Origin: Candidatus Woesearchaeota archaeon
GTDB taxonomy: Archaea; Nanobdellota; Nanobdellia; Woesearchaeales; GW2011-AR9
NCBI GenBank assembly: GCA_016179955.1
Contig: JACPCD010000016.1
Location: forward strand, 24,206 to 68,048
Reading direction: 5' to 3'
DNA length: 43,843 bases
The position numbers were made by a program, and so were the translations under genes. Below the pieces are notes generated by a model, which was not told where the DNA came from, ran no database searches, and worked only from the letters and a program-made list of their open reading frames with translations. Position 1 is the stretch's first letter. Each line of letters begins with the position of its first letter. Of the stretch, positions 27,844 to 36,644 are shown in pieces.

Positions 27844-28173
27844 ATGAAAGAGAAATCATTATTCGTTGAATTTATGGGGGACTCTCCCATGATAAGAATT
27901 ATGGATTACCTCATTACTGAGCGAGAACTGGATTTTTCCATAACTGACATGGCAGAAAACGCAGGCATTGGAAGAGCAACACTGTATCGGTTATGGGACG
28001 ACTTAATCAAGAACGAAATTATACTTCACACCCGGGACATAGGAAAAGCCAGGCTGTTCAAACTAAATGCAGCAAATGCCAAAATAAAGAAGCTTATTGA
28101 AATATACGATATGCTGGTCCTGGAAGAACTAAAAACGCATTCGGGAAGTAAAAAGATGGAAGTGCCGGCATAA
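27844..28173 (+). CDS. Small winged-HTH protein
   Basis: GDSP.IRI.D.L...DFSITDMAENAGIGRATLY..W..L.......TR.IG.A.LF.LN. Confidence 0.8.
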   Translation: MKEKSLFVEFMGDSPMIRIMDYLITERELDFSITDMAENAGIGRATLYRLWDDLIKNEIILHTRDIGKARLFKLNAANAKIKKLIEIYDMLVLEELKTHSGSKKMEVPA

Positions 28174-28358
28174 ACTATTTTTACTTAATATATTAAGTGC
28201 AGAAATTCTAAAAATGACCCTAAATCATCCCATGATATGCTTAGACATTTATCTTATTATGGCAATAATGACAATAGATATTCTTTAGCCCGGAGAAAAG
28301 AAACGCCTTACAGCGGGACTTGCAGGAAGGACATTCGATAATTTTATTAAAAGAAAAC

Positions 28359-28730
28359 TTAATCTGACGCCAATTTCCAAATAGTCTTCATGCCCACTAA
28401 AATAGCGGCGGGAACCACAAAGACCACGATGTTGCTCAAGATGCTGCGCAAGATTAAGCCTACACCCGGAATCAGGCCCAAATTAACAATGCCGGCTAAC
28501 ATCAGGGCAATAGCTGCCACTAAGAATGGCACCGTTTCTTTTGCCGTCAAGTTAAATAGTCCGACTAAAAATCCCAAGATGACTAACGTTGTTACTAATA
28601 TTTCCGGACCAACCACGTTGCGGAAGAATCCCGCGACAATTGCCACCAGTAATCCAATAAAGAAAGCATAATGCGCCACCCGATGGATTTCCATCTTGGC
28701 GGTCTGCGATACACCTCGTTTTGCTGCCAT
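28359..28730 (-). CDS. Four-helix membrane protein of unknown function
   Basis: Hydrophobic; GLFNLT.KE..PFLVA motif; SD-like GAGGTGA upstream of ATG 28730. Confidence 0.75.
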   Translation of the reverse strand: MAAKRGVSQTAKMEIHRVAHYAFFIGLLVAIVAGFFRNVVGPEILVTTLVILGFLVGLFNLTAKETVPFLVAAIALMLAGIVNLGLIPGVGLILRSILSNIVVFVVPAAILVGMKTIWKLASD

Positions 28731-28849
28731 GTAACTATCACCTCTAAATATTATAGAGGAAGAAACAATTTTAGTATATAAATCATTCGGTTGGGAAACT
28801 ACCGGCAGGGAATACATTATTATAAGAGCGATCGATTTCTTCTCATTCT

Positions 28850-29107
28850 ATGCCTATCCCCTTCACCCTCGGAAAATGCACTACCCGCGCCGGCTACTCG
28901 GCCAAGCTGAAAAGCCCCCAAAAATTAAAGCTGGCCGCAATAAAAAAGGCTTTCGCCACAGTTTTGGAAACGCCCATCCTGCTGGTAATCAAAACCGACG
29001 CCGGAGAAGTCATTGTCCATAATTACGGAGAATTGCTGTTCAAAGAAGGGAAAGATATGGAGGTGATGGAGAAAGTTGCCAAGGAAGTGTATGAAGCAGG
29101 GCTATAA
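28850..29107 (+). CDS. Hypothetical small alpha/beta protein
   Basis: 85-aa ORF downstream of a TATA-like TTATAA; protein-like composition. Confidence 0.6.
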   Translation: MPIPFTLGKCTTRAGYSAKLKSPQKLKLAAIKKAFATVLETPILLVIKTDAGEVIVHNYGELLFKEGKDMEVMEKVAKEVYEAGL

Positions 29108-29171
29108 TGATAATACACATTTTTGATTCTTCGAGAAAGATTTATATACAACAAAGCCCAAGAGTATTTCT

Positions 29172-29387
29172 ATGAGCGAATCCATATCCATCAGCCAAAT
29201 TTATGAGGAACTGAAAAGAATTGAAAAGACAATGGCGACAAAAGAAGACGTACATACCCTTCTCGATTCTCTGGAAATAGCAACTAACCCGGCGACGATG
29301 AAACAAATAATGGAAAGCAAAGAAGACATTAAGAGAGGTCGGGTAAAAAAGATTACCTCTGCCAAAGAGTTGCTTGAAGAGATGTAA
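29172..29387 (+). CDS. Putative antitoxin (RelB/YefM-like C-terminus)
   Basis: SLEI..NP..M..I..S.EDI..GRV; immediately upstream of a RelE-like gene. Confidence 0.75.
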   Translation: MSESISISQIYEELKRIEKTMATKEDVHTLLDSLEIATNPATMKQIMESKEDIKRGRVKKITSAKELLEEM

Positions 29388-29388
29388 G

Positions 29389-29658
29389 ATGGTTCCGTGG
29401 AGCATACAACGAACCGATACTTTTCTGAAATATCTTCAAAAGCACAAAAATAATCATCAATTGCTTCAAGAGTTAGAGAGCAAAATAAAGCGGCTTCAGG
29501 AAGAACCATTAAGCATAGGGGGAATACTTTCCGGAAAGTTGCATGGGATTCGTTCTACCCGCGTAGCAGGAAAATTCCGGCTTCTGTTCCAAATCGACGA
29601 GAAAGAACAGATAGTATATTTAATAGCCCTGGATCATAGGGGAGAGGTATATGAATAA
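29389..29658 (+). CDS. RelE/ParE-family toxin
   Basis: F.K...K, I..L...P..G..L.G.L.G.RS.RV..KFRLLF.ID.....V.LIA..HR.EVY. Confidence 0.85.
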   Translation: MVPWSIQRTDTFLKYLQKHKNNHQLLQELESKIKRLQEEPLSIGGILSGKLHGIRSTRVAGKFRLLFQIDEKEQIVYLIALDHRGEVYE

Positions 29659-29662
29659 AAAA

Positions 29663-29832
29663 CGCCCCAGGCCAGATTTCCGTTCTCCACATAAAGGCCA
29701 AACTCCCATTTTGGGGTTGATAAAGCCACTTGAGGGTTGATAAGGGGCAAAGCCGCTTATTCTCGAACTGGCAACCGCGCGGTCTCCATCAGAGGTTAAC
29801 AGCCGCGTGCTCCGCCATTAAGCTACTGGGGC
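29663..29832 (-). tRNA. tRNA-Asn(GTT) with two introns (13 nt at 37/38: 29784-29796; 85 nt at 59/60: 29677-29761); CCA not encoded
   Basis: Acceptor stem GCCCCAG/CTGGGGC, D arm GCTT/GAGC, anticodon stem CGCGG/CCGCG with CT-GTT-A, T stem GCCAG/CTGGC; removing both inserts gives a 72-nt cloverleaf. Confidence 0.92.
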
Positions 29833-29888
29833 GTATTCTTGACTTTGAATCAAATTATTTATAAACATTTCTTCTATAGAATTACACT

Positions 29889-30587
29889 ATGGAAATATCG
29901 AAGGGCATCGAGCTGAAAGATACCGCTTTGTGGCTTACAAAAGAAAAGATCCTTATCCTGAATGACCTGCATCTGGGATATGAAGAAAGCCTGCACCGCC
30001 GCGGCGTTTTAGTGCCTAAATTCCAGCTCCAGGAAATTTTTGCCCGGCTGGAGAAGATTCTGGAACAAGTCATTCCTGCCATTGTTATCATCAACGGCGA
30101 CTTGAAACACGAATTTGGCACGGTGCTGCAGCAGGAGTGGAAAGACGTGCTTAGTTTTCTAGATTTCCTGCTGAAACGGAAGTTTGACGTTGTTATCATT
30201 CGGGGGAATCACGACCCCACGCTCAAGTACATTGCCGAGAAGAAAGCAGTGAGCGTCGTCCCGGAATATACGGTTGGGGACAGCATCATCGTCCATGGCG
30301 ATGCCTTAATCCAAACCAAGGCCAAAAGGATTATCATCGGCCATGAGCATCCGGCCATCACCTTGCGGGAAGGCAGCAAGTGGGAAAAATACAAGTGTTT
30401 CCTGAAAGGAAAATGGAAAGGGAAAGAATTGATCGCCGTGCCAAGCTTCAATCCCCTGCTGGAAGGAACAGACATCCTGAAAGAAGAATTGTTAAGCCCG
30501 TTCTTGACGGATATAAAGAACTTCAAGGTTTATATTGTCGGCAAAGGGGAAGTGTTTGATTTTGGGAAAGTCAAACGATTATTATGA
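29889..30587 (+). CDS. Metallophosphoesterase (COG1407-like calcineurin fold)
   Basis: DLHLGYE, INGDLKH, RGNHD, HGD, GHEHPA, PSFNP. Confidence 0.92.
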   Translation: MEISKGIELKDTALWLTKEKILILNDLHLGYEESLHRRGVLVPKFQLQEIFARLEKILEQVIPAIVIINGDLKHEFGTVLQQEWKDVLSFLDFLLKRKFDVVIIRGNHDPTLKYIAEKKAVSVVPEYTVGDSIIVHGDALIQTKAKRIIIGHEHPAITLREGSKWEKYKCFLKGKWKGKELIAVPSFNPLLEGTDILKEELLSPFLTDIKNFKVYIVGKGEVFDFGKVKRLL

Positions 30588-31067
30588 TATTCCAACTTTC
30601 AGCTGCCGCAAAGATTTCTTTTCATGCGCCCGGAGAGTGCGAAGTTCTTCAGCAGCAATGATAGTGGCCGATTCCACAAAATGCAGCGTGTATCCGGCAA
30701 ATGCCTTCTGGAAGAGGTATCGTGCCCGGGGCAGATGAAAATCAGAGGTTACCACCACTATCTCTGTACTGCGATGGTGAGAAATCATCGTGCGGGAGAG
30801 CCGGGCATCTTCCATGGTATTCGTACTGGGCACAAAGGGAAGTATATCCCTCTTTGGAACTCCCTGTTCCCGCAGATAGTCCTGCAAATAATAGGCATGA
30901 GGTCGTGCCGTCGTATTAAAATTCGGGCCATAAGCTCCCGTGACCATCATCTTGGAGCCAGGACGCTTTCGATATTCTTTGATTCCCTGCTGTAAGCGTT
31001 CCCGGGCAATGGAAGAGAGTTTACCTTTCTCGTTATTACGATGTCCTAAAATGAGTATTATGTTCAT
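30582..31067 (-). CDS. YdcF/DUF218 (ElyC/SanA-like) family protein
   Basis: ILILG, ER...G, VTG, STNT.EDA, VVTSDFHLPRA; ATG at 31067 overlaps the mutM stop (ATGA). Confidence 0.88.
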   Translation of the reverse strand: MNIILILGHRNNEKGKLSSIARERLQQGIKEYRKRPGSKMMVTGAYGPNFNTTARPHAYYLQDYLREQGVPKRDILPFVPSTNTMEDARLSRTMISHHRSTEIVVVTSDFHLPRARYLFQKAFAGYTLHFVESATIIAAEELRTLRAHEKKSLRQLKVGIS

Positions 31068-31864
31068 CGCTGGCATGTTGGACAGTAATATGTTCCCCGC
31101 CCCCCCAGGTATATTTTCTTGAGGGGATGATGCTTCGGACATGCCGTCCGCCCGTAGACGGCCAAGTATCGCTGGAATCCCCCCGCGCCTTCAATATGCA
31201 CGTAATTCTCCACCGTAGTGCCGTTATGGGTGATGGCCCGGGTTAGTACCTGTTGAATTGCGTGATGAAGCAGTTGTATTTCAGGAGCTTTCAACATCGC
31301 TATCGTCCGGCGAGGATTAATGGATGCGTGGTACAGCGCTTCCTGGGCATAGATGTTTCCCAGGCCGGCAATGAAATTCTGGTCCATCAATGCCACTTTG
31401 ACATTGCCCTTCTTCCGCTGCAATAACTTTTGGAAGAAATCCGGCGTAAATTCCTTCCCCAAGGGCTCAGGACCGAATTCGGCCAGCTTTTGCTGCAGTT
31501 GTTGGATCGTAAGTAGCCGTACCGAGCCAAACTTACGGATATCCGTATAACTCAGGACGGAGCTGTCGGAAAGAAAAAATTTCACGATAGCGTACTTCTC
31601 ATCAGATCCGAGACCCTCACCTTTTGAGGCATAATGAAAATGTCCCGTCATCCCCAGGCGGACCAAGAGGAATTTCTTCCCTCCTAATTCTATGATGATA
31701 GCTTTGGCCCGGCGCCAGATCTTTAGTACTTTGATAGATTTTATAGTTTCAATGTGTTTATCGGCTCTTTGTAACTCCATGACTACCGTAGAGGCAATCT
31801 TCTTCCCCCGCAGGTGTTTCTGCAACTGTTTTACAATCGTCTCGGCTTCCGGCAGTTCTGGCAT
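31064..31864 (-). CDS. mutM: Formamidopyrimidine-DNA glycosylase (Fpg/MutM)
   Basis: N-terminal MPELPE, LGMTG, D.RKFG, GPEPL, LMDQ.FIAGLGNIYA.E, C-terminal zinc finger RGTYYCPTCQ. Confidence 0.95.
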   Translation of the reverse strand: MPELPEAETIVKQLQKHLRGKKIASTVVMELQRADKHIETIKSIKVLKIWRRAKAIIIELGGKKFLLVRLGMTGHFHYASKGEGLGSDEKYAIVKFFLSDSSVLSYTDIRKFGSVRLLTIQQLQQKLAEFGPEPLGKEFTPDFFQKLLQRKKGNVKVALMDQNFIAGLGNIYAQEALYHASINPRRTIAMLKAPEIQLLHHAIQQVLTRAITHNGTTVENYVHIEGAGGFQRYLAVYGRTACPKHHPLKKIYLGGRGTYYCPTCQR

Positions 31865-31916
31865 GGCGTGTGGATTACAATAAAATATATAAACATTTAG
31901 AATTTAAAGAGTAGGA

Positions 31917-32405
31917 ATGGACGAGCCTGAAGATAAAAAAGTATTGTTGAGCCTGCGCCGCTCCCGCAAGGCGTTTATCCCGGAATATACCTGCGGTTTC
32001 ATCCTGCTGGCCGTATTGGCCGGGTTAAAGATACAACAGATCTCCGTCGGTTCCCCGTTCCAGTTCTTTGTGTTGGGCGTAGCGTTGCTGGCACTCATTG
32101 CGCCGGAAATATCCCGGCAACTGATTCGATACAGCATCAAGCCAGACAAAATTACTATTACCAAAGGCATCATCAAGAAATCACAGAAGAATGTGCATTA
32201 CCTGCCCTTGGGCTTTGTTCCCGACATCAGCCTGAAACAAAGCCGAACCCAGCGCCTGATGAATTATGGCACGGTCTTTGTAGGTGGCCAAGGCTCGGAA
32301 GAGAAATCGTTCGAGATCAAAGATATCAACAATCCCAAGCACGTCCTGAAGATGATCGAAGGGTTGATTGACAAGAACCGCCGGGTTGACCAAAAGGTTT
32401 ATTAA
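31917..32405 (+). CDS. Membrane protein with bacterial PH (bPH_2-like) domain
   Basis: Two transmembrane helices, then Y.I....I.I.KGII.K.....I.L.QS..QRLMNYGTV...F.IKDI.NP. Confidence 0.8.
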   Translation: MDEPEDKKVLLSLRRSRKAFIPEYTCGFILLAVLAGLKIQQISVGSPFQFFVLGVALLALIAPEISRQLIRYSIKPDKITITKGIIKKSQKNVHYLPLGFVPDISLKQSRTQRLMNYGTVFVGGQGSEEKSFEIKDINNPKHVLKMIEGLIDKNRRVDQKVY

Positions 32406-32446
32406 CTACCTTTCCTACTCCCAGAAACACCAGAGGTAGATTCACG

Positions 32447-33190
32447 ATGCACCAACAACCCGGAGGAACCCCTCATCACAATTTACGTTTCTATATAGTG
32501 ATGGTAACTTTAGTGGTAGCGGGCATTTTCTTTCTGCTGTATATGAATGATTCCAATGATTTCAGCCTCACCAGTGCGATTATCGGGGTAGGGGGCAATG
32601 ATACTGCCGAGAGCAGCACGACTGCTGCTGATACAACTGCCACCCCCGGCAAGAATGCCAAGGAAGTGGATGTGGTTTTATCCTTTGATCAAATCCCCAG
32701 CGTCCGAAAAGAAGCCCGGGTGCAAGACTTGGAGCTGCGCTTTGATGACTTGACCACTAAGATCAATGTCAACAATGACAAATTGGAACTGAATAATTTA
32801 CAGCAGGTGGTTATGCGCGTGGAGGGCTTTGCAGGAACCATGAACTTTGACCGGGGCGGATTATCGTTAGCAGGAACTGCCCGCAAAATTGAAGTCAATG
32901 ATATTGCTCTTTCCTCCAGCGGTGAAATTAAGATTTCCTTTGATAATCTCAACTACAAATACTTAGGATTAGAGGATATCGATCTGAAAGGCTTAGAGCT
33001 TCCACCCGGAGACGGAGAGCTTAAGGTGGCCGAGAAAGTGCAATACTCCTTGCAGCAAGATAGCCTGAAGATGTATTCGTTTAATGGAAAATTCATCATT
33101 GACCGGGAAGCAGCGACGTTACTTAATCTGGAAGGGGTCGCCCGGGGCATTTCAATTAGCGGCGCTTTGATGAACGCGGATTTAAGTTAA
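32447..33190 (+). CDS. Membrane-anchored beta-rich hypothetical protein
   Basis: Single N-terminal transmembrane helix, LTSAII motif, Thr-rich linker, beta-strand-rich body. Confidence 0.75.
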   Translation: MHQQPGGTPHHNLRFYIVMVTLVVAGIFFLLYMNDSNDFSLTSAIIGVGGNDTAESSTTAADTTATPGKNAKEVDVVLSFDQIPSVRKEARVQDLELRFDDLTTKINVNNDKLELNNLQQVVMRVEGFAGTMNFDRGGLSLAGTARKIEVNDIALSSSGEIKISFDNLNYKYLGLEDIDLKGLELPPGDGELKVAEKVQYSLQQDSLKMYSFNGKFIIDREAATLLNLEGVARGISISGALMNADLS

Positions 33191-33459
33191 GATAAGTATT
33201 CTTTGCTCAGATGCTGCCATTTCTGCAGCAGTTCCAGCTTGATGGTGTTATCTCGTACTTTCTTCACTGCCGCCGGACCAGCCCGTTTATCCTGAGCCAA
33301 GGCAGTTTCCACTAAACCCATTTCAGTAGTTAGAAATTTACGCAGTTGTTCGGTGGTAATTAAACGATTTCTTTTGATGTAATCGAGCAGGGGCAGGAAA
33401 TGGGGCTGCTGCTGCTCGTAATCGGGAACCTTCTTCAATAAATCGCTTTTGACGGACAT
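33187..33459 (-). CDS. Hypothetical protein
   Basis: ORF with SD-like GAGGTG before ATG 33459; convergent overlap with the neighbouring gene. Confidence 0.6.
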   Translation of the reverse strand: MSVKSDLLKKVPDYEQQQPHFLPLLDYIKRNRLITTEQLRKFLTTEMGLVETALAQDKRAGPAAVKKVRDNTIKLELLQKWQHLSKEYLS

Positions 33460-33540
33460 AGCGACCACCTCGAGAACCTTAAAAGGAAGGAAATTAATAA
33501 ATGTTGTGGAGATTATGCCTGGTGGTATATGCCTAAAAAA

Positions 33541-33720
33541 TTAATACAACCCTTTCTGTTGCAGCTCTTCGACCTTTACTTTTCTCCGTAATCCCGCATA
33601 CTTGTCATCCAGTGAGAACTTCGGCGGACGGGGAATGATAGTATTCCCATTGCAGGAAGGACACGCTTTTTTCATAGTATAAATATTACAGGAAAGGCAT
33701 TTATGAATGTGTTCTGCCAT
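33541..33720 (-). CDS. nop10: H/ACA RNP protein Nop10
   Basis: KC..C..YTM...CP.C...T..P.PPKFS.DDKY...RR; directly downstream of aIF2 alpha. Confidence 0.95.
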   Translation of the reverse strand: MAEHIHKCLSCNIYTMKKACPSCNGNTIIPRPPKFSLDDKYAGLRRKVKVEELQQKGLY

Positions 33721-34499
33721 CACTCACTCTTCTCCCGCACGAACGACGCCGTGGACAGCTTGTCGTTAAAACGTTCCAGGATAGTTTCCATCTTCTCCCG
33801 GGTCTTTTCGGCCGGCTTGTAATCCACGTCTTCAATGACCACCTTATACTTCCCTGCGCCAATGTACAAGAGCTTAAGAGTGGGTGAAATTCTTTCCACG
33901 TCCAGCAGAGTAGCTTTTATTTTCCCGATGCCATCGGAAGCATAGGTCTGCAAGGCAATCTCTCCCTTAAGATGGATCTTATCCGGCTTGAATTTCTCGA
34001 TGACTGCAGCAGAAATTTCTGCCGCCAAGCTACTCTCCATCCCCATCTTTTCCAAATCAACTGTACCGGCAACAATATCCCGGAAACAAAGGTACAAATG
34101 AGAATATTCCTTAAAGATAATAGTCGTAACTTGCACGTATAACTTATCTACGGGCTTCTTGAGCTTCTTGGCCAGGTTTTGAATCACCGTTTCTGCTTTG
34201 AGCTCCTGCTTGATTTCATCCAGCTTTTCCTGCCGCTGGTGGGAATTCACCCGACGCAGCGATAAGTCAATATGGCCTTTTTCCCGGTCAATCCGCAGTA
34301 CCTTACAGACAATGTCCCGGCCAATAGTAACAAAGTCCCGCAAGTTACGAATACGCCCCGGAGAAATCTCAGAGATATGAATCATGCCCTGCTGATGGAA
34401 TTCCAACAGATCAACGAACACCGAATTGGGAAAAATTTTGGTGACTTTGCAAAAGACAATCTCGTCCTCTTCCGGCAGTCCCTGGCGGCTGTAGAGCAT
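33720..34499 (-). CDS. eif2a: Translation initiation factor aIF2 alpha subunit
   Basis: LPE..E.V...V, GMIHISEIS.G.IRN.RDFV, KVLRID..KGHIDLSLRRV, YIGAGKY. Confidence 0.96.
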   Translation of the reverse strand: MLYSRQGLPEEDEIVFCKVTKIFPNSVFVDLLEFHQQGMIHISEISPGRIRNLRDFVTIGRDIVCKVLRIDREKGHIDLSLRRVNSHQRQEKLDEIKQELKAETVIQNLAKKLKKPVDKLYVQVTTIIFKEYSHLYLCFRDIVAGTVDLEKMGMESSLAAEISAAVIEKFKPDKIHLKGEIALQTYASDGIGKIKATLLDVERISPTLKLLYIGAGKYKVVIEDVDYKPAEKTREKMETILERFNDKLSTASFVREKSE

Positions 34500-34582
34500 G
34501 GTACTATGGCAGAAGAAGGGGTATTTAAAAAATCTTCTATTGCAAAGCATCAACTATCGAAGTGACAGCTGAACGAAATAAC

Positions 34583-34987
34583 TTAAATTTCTAGGAATTC
34601 ACTGGCCGTCACAATTTTCACCTTTGCAAATTCTTTCAACTTCAATAAATGGGGATCTCCGCTAATGAGATAACCAACGTTTCCTACTATCGCGGTTTCC
34701 AGCATGGCATTATCATCGGGGTCTTCCACCACTGCTTTTACTTTACCGGGAATATCAACCATGGTTACTATTTCAAGAAAAATGGAGATAAATGCCGCTT
34801 TTTGCCCTTCGGTAAAGTTAAATTTAGGGTACTCCATTACCCGCCTTAATTCATCAATCTGATTTGGAGAGGTTACCAACTCCAATTCTCCGTGGAAACA
34901 TTTCTCAAAAATTATCCGCGGCTTTCCAGACCACCCCAAAGCAGAGATGAGAATATTTGTATCTAAGAAGACTTTCGTCTTGCCCAT
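34583..34987 (-). CDS. PIN-domain toxin (VapC-like)
   Basis: VFLDTNILISAL, E.....Y.KF, DPDDN..LE.A, LISGD.HLL. Confidence 0.9.
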   Translation of the reverse strand: MGKTKVFLDTNILISALGWSGKPRIIFEKCFHGELELVTSPNQIDELRRVMEYPKFNFTEGQKAAFISIFLEIVTMVDIPGKVKAVVEDPDDNAMLETAIVGNVGYLISGDPHLLKLKEFAKVKIVTASEFLEI

Positions 34988-35229
34988 GCCACCGCCTCAT
35001 TGACATCGTCCAGAGTTACTCTCTGCTTCTTGAACTGCTTCTCAATTTCTTTGGATAATTTTTGGAATTCGGCTTTGACATCGGGTATTTCTACTTTCTT
35101 AAACAGTATTCCCCCTTTTACAGGAAAAGGGACAAATCTATCCCCAGGAGTAAACCCCTCATCTATTCTAATATCTTGAGGAACTACCAGTTGTCCTTTG
35201 GGACTCATCTTCACCAGATCTGTTTCCAT
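34963..35229 (-). CDS. AbrB/MazE-family antitoxin
   Basis: KMSPKGQLVVP.DIR...GF..GD.F; overlaps the PIN gene. Confidence 0.9.
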   Translation of the reverse strand: METDLVKMSPKGQLVVPQDIRIDEGFTPGDRFVPFPVKGGILFKKVEIPDVKAEFQKLSKEIEKQFKKQRVTLDDVNEAVAWARRKSS

Positions 35230-35251
35230 TTTGATTTACCTCCCGTTGATT

Positions 35252-35275
35252 GTTAAACAGTTAAACAGTTAAACT
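35252..35275. repeat. 3 x 8-bp tandem repeat GTTAAACA/T in the AbrB-PIN promoter (putative operator)
   Basis: GTTAAACA GTTAAACA GTTAAACT, directly adjacent to a TATA-like TATATAAA. Confidence 0.7.
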
Positions 35276-35358
35276 ATATAAACATTTCTATACATACAAG
35301 AAGTTTGCTACAGAAGATAAGATTAACCGGGTGTAAAAAAATAAAATAAGAGAGAAAT

Positions 35359-35532
35359 CTATTCCAACACTTCCAACACCCGTCCGGCAATCTTTGACTT
35401 GCCGCCAGCGGGAAATGCCAACTCTTTCGAACAGACTAGGCAGGTGACGATAGTACTCGCGTTGCCAAAGATAATCTGCTCATTCTTGCAATGAGTGCAA
35501 CGAACCTTGATGAACTTGCTGTTAGGATTCAT
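35359..35532 (-). CDS. rps27e: 30S ribosomal protein S27e (absent from the ORF track)
   Basis: Manual translation MNPNSKFIKVRCTHCKNEQIIFGNASTIVTCLVCSKELAFPAGGKSKIAGRVLEVLE*; ATGA overlap with L44e. Confidence 0.96.
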   Translation of the reverse strand: MNPNSKFIKVRCTHCKNEQIIFGNASTIVTCLVCSKELAFPAGGKSKIAGRVLEVLE

Positions 35533-35837
35533 ATTAACTCCACCCGCTTGGCCCGGATGCCATAGGGCTGCATGCTGGTTTTATTACAGACGCTGCAGGT
35601 ATACCGCAAATCAGTCTTTTTAGTGCTCTTGGCGCCGGTGCGCTTGAACTTAGTAACCGCGGGCTTGGAATAGCGGCCTAAGTTTCCCGTACCACGGGCA
35701 CGGCCTCGTTTCCGGGCGCGATACTTTGAGCCCCGGCTTAAGGAACTGGGGGCCCGTTTCTTGTTTTGAAATACTTTGTGCTCCGTATGAGTTTTACAGT
35801 GCCTGCAGAACCGCTGCATCGTCTTGGGTAACTTCAT
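35529..35837 (-). CDS. rpl44e: 50S ribosomal protein L44e
   Basis: MK.PK...RFC..CK.HT.HKV, K.TKK.DLR..C..C. Confidence 0.95.
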   Translation of the reverse strand: MKLPKTMQRFCRHCKTHTEHKVFQNKKRAPSSLSRGSKYRARKRGRARGTGNLGRYSKPAVTKFKRTGAKSTKKTDLRYTCSVCNKTSMQPYGIRAKRVELI

Positions 35838-35877
35838 GTGGTGAGTAAGAAAGAGGGGTATTTATAAAGTTTTAGGT

Positions 35878-36222
35878 TCAGAGCAGTGGTAATTTCCCGG
35901 TGATACGGTCTATTTTTTCTTCTGCATCCGGCCCGATGCCTACGCACGTTTTGGTGCCGGGCGCAATGACGGTTCTGCCGGCATCGGTAATTAAAGAAGC
36001 AGTAATCCCGGTATCCTTCGCGTGCTGAAAGTAGTGGAGCAATTCTTTCTCATCCTTGACTTTCAGGACAATCTTCGCCATGCCTTCCTGCATCCAGGCA
36101 TTGACTATTTTTTTATCAGATTTAAGAACTGCGTCCACGGACGCGTGGGCTACCTGCGCCGCTAATTTTCCTTTAGGGAGCTTCAGATCCTGACGGACGA
36201 GGATGACTTGTTTGAATGCCAT
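35878..36222 (-). CDS. pth2: Peptidyl-tRNA hydrolase Pth2
   Basis: KQVI.VR.DL.L.KGK.AAQVAHA, KIVLK, DAGRT.I.PGT.T.VGIGP, ITG.L.LL. Confidence 0.97.
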   Translation of the reverse strand: MAFKQVILVRQDLKLPKGKLAAQVAHASVDAVLKSDKKIVNAWMQEGMAKIVLKVKDEKELLHYFQHAKDTGITASLITDAGRTVIAPGTKTCVGIGPDAEEKIDRITGKLPLL

Positions 36223-36290
36223 AGTTGTATTTTACAAAAGACAACTGTTATTTAAATGTTTCATTTGATAAGCGCAAAGCTTATAAATTA

Positions 36291-36308
36291 ATACACATTC
36301 GTGTGTAT
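36291..36308. promoter_or_regulatory. Palindrome ATACACA-TTCG-TGTGTAT before the Fic/Doc gene (putative operator)
   Basis: Perfect 7-bp arms between a TATA-like TTATAAA and the ATG at 36312. Confidence 0.55.
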
Positions 36309-36311
36309 AAA

Positions 36312-36644
36312 ATGTTAACCAAGAAAGATATTATTACCCTGAACCTGGAGTTTCACCAAGGTAACATCAGGAATCAAAACAGCTTAGATTTTGCGCTGGA
36401 TCAGGCCAGCAAAACGAGGGATTGGCTTAAGGCAACGGCGTATCTGACCCGCTCCATCATCGTCGACCATGTATTTGAGGATGGCAATAAAAGAACGGCA
36501 GCCGCAGTCATCGCCGCCATGGTCCATATGCACGATTTTGACTTTAATCAGGAGGGAATAGATAAAATAGTTATTGACCTGGCCAAAAAAAGCCCCCAGG
36601 ACATCCGAAAAATAGCGAGGTTATTGAAACATGCCCTCCAGTAA
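36312..36644 (+). CDS. Fic/Doc family protein
   Basis: HVFEDGNKRTA catalytic motif (Doc-like Lys); likely start MLTKK. Confidence 0.88.
   Translation: MLTKKDIITLNLEFHQGNIRNQNSLDFALDQASKTRDWLKATAYLTRSIIVDHVFEDGNKRTAAAVIAAMVHMHDFDFNQEGIDKIVIDLAKKSPQDIRKIARLLKHALQ

Noticed and set aside
28183-28198. Perfect 16-bp palindrome ACTTAATATATTAAGT
   Set aside because: Almost all A/T, located between convergent genes, with no supporting context; could be a terminator or chance.
23473-29663. Integrated element bounded by tRNA-Asn
   Set aside because: No integrase gene and no duplicated tRNA 3' end were found by eye.
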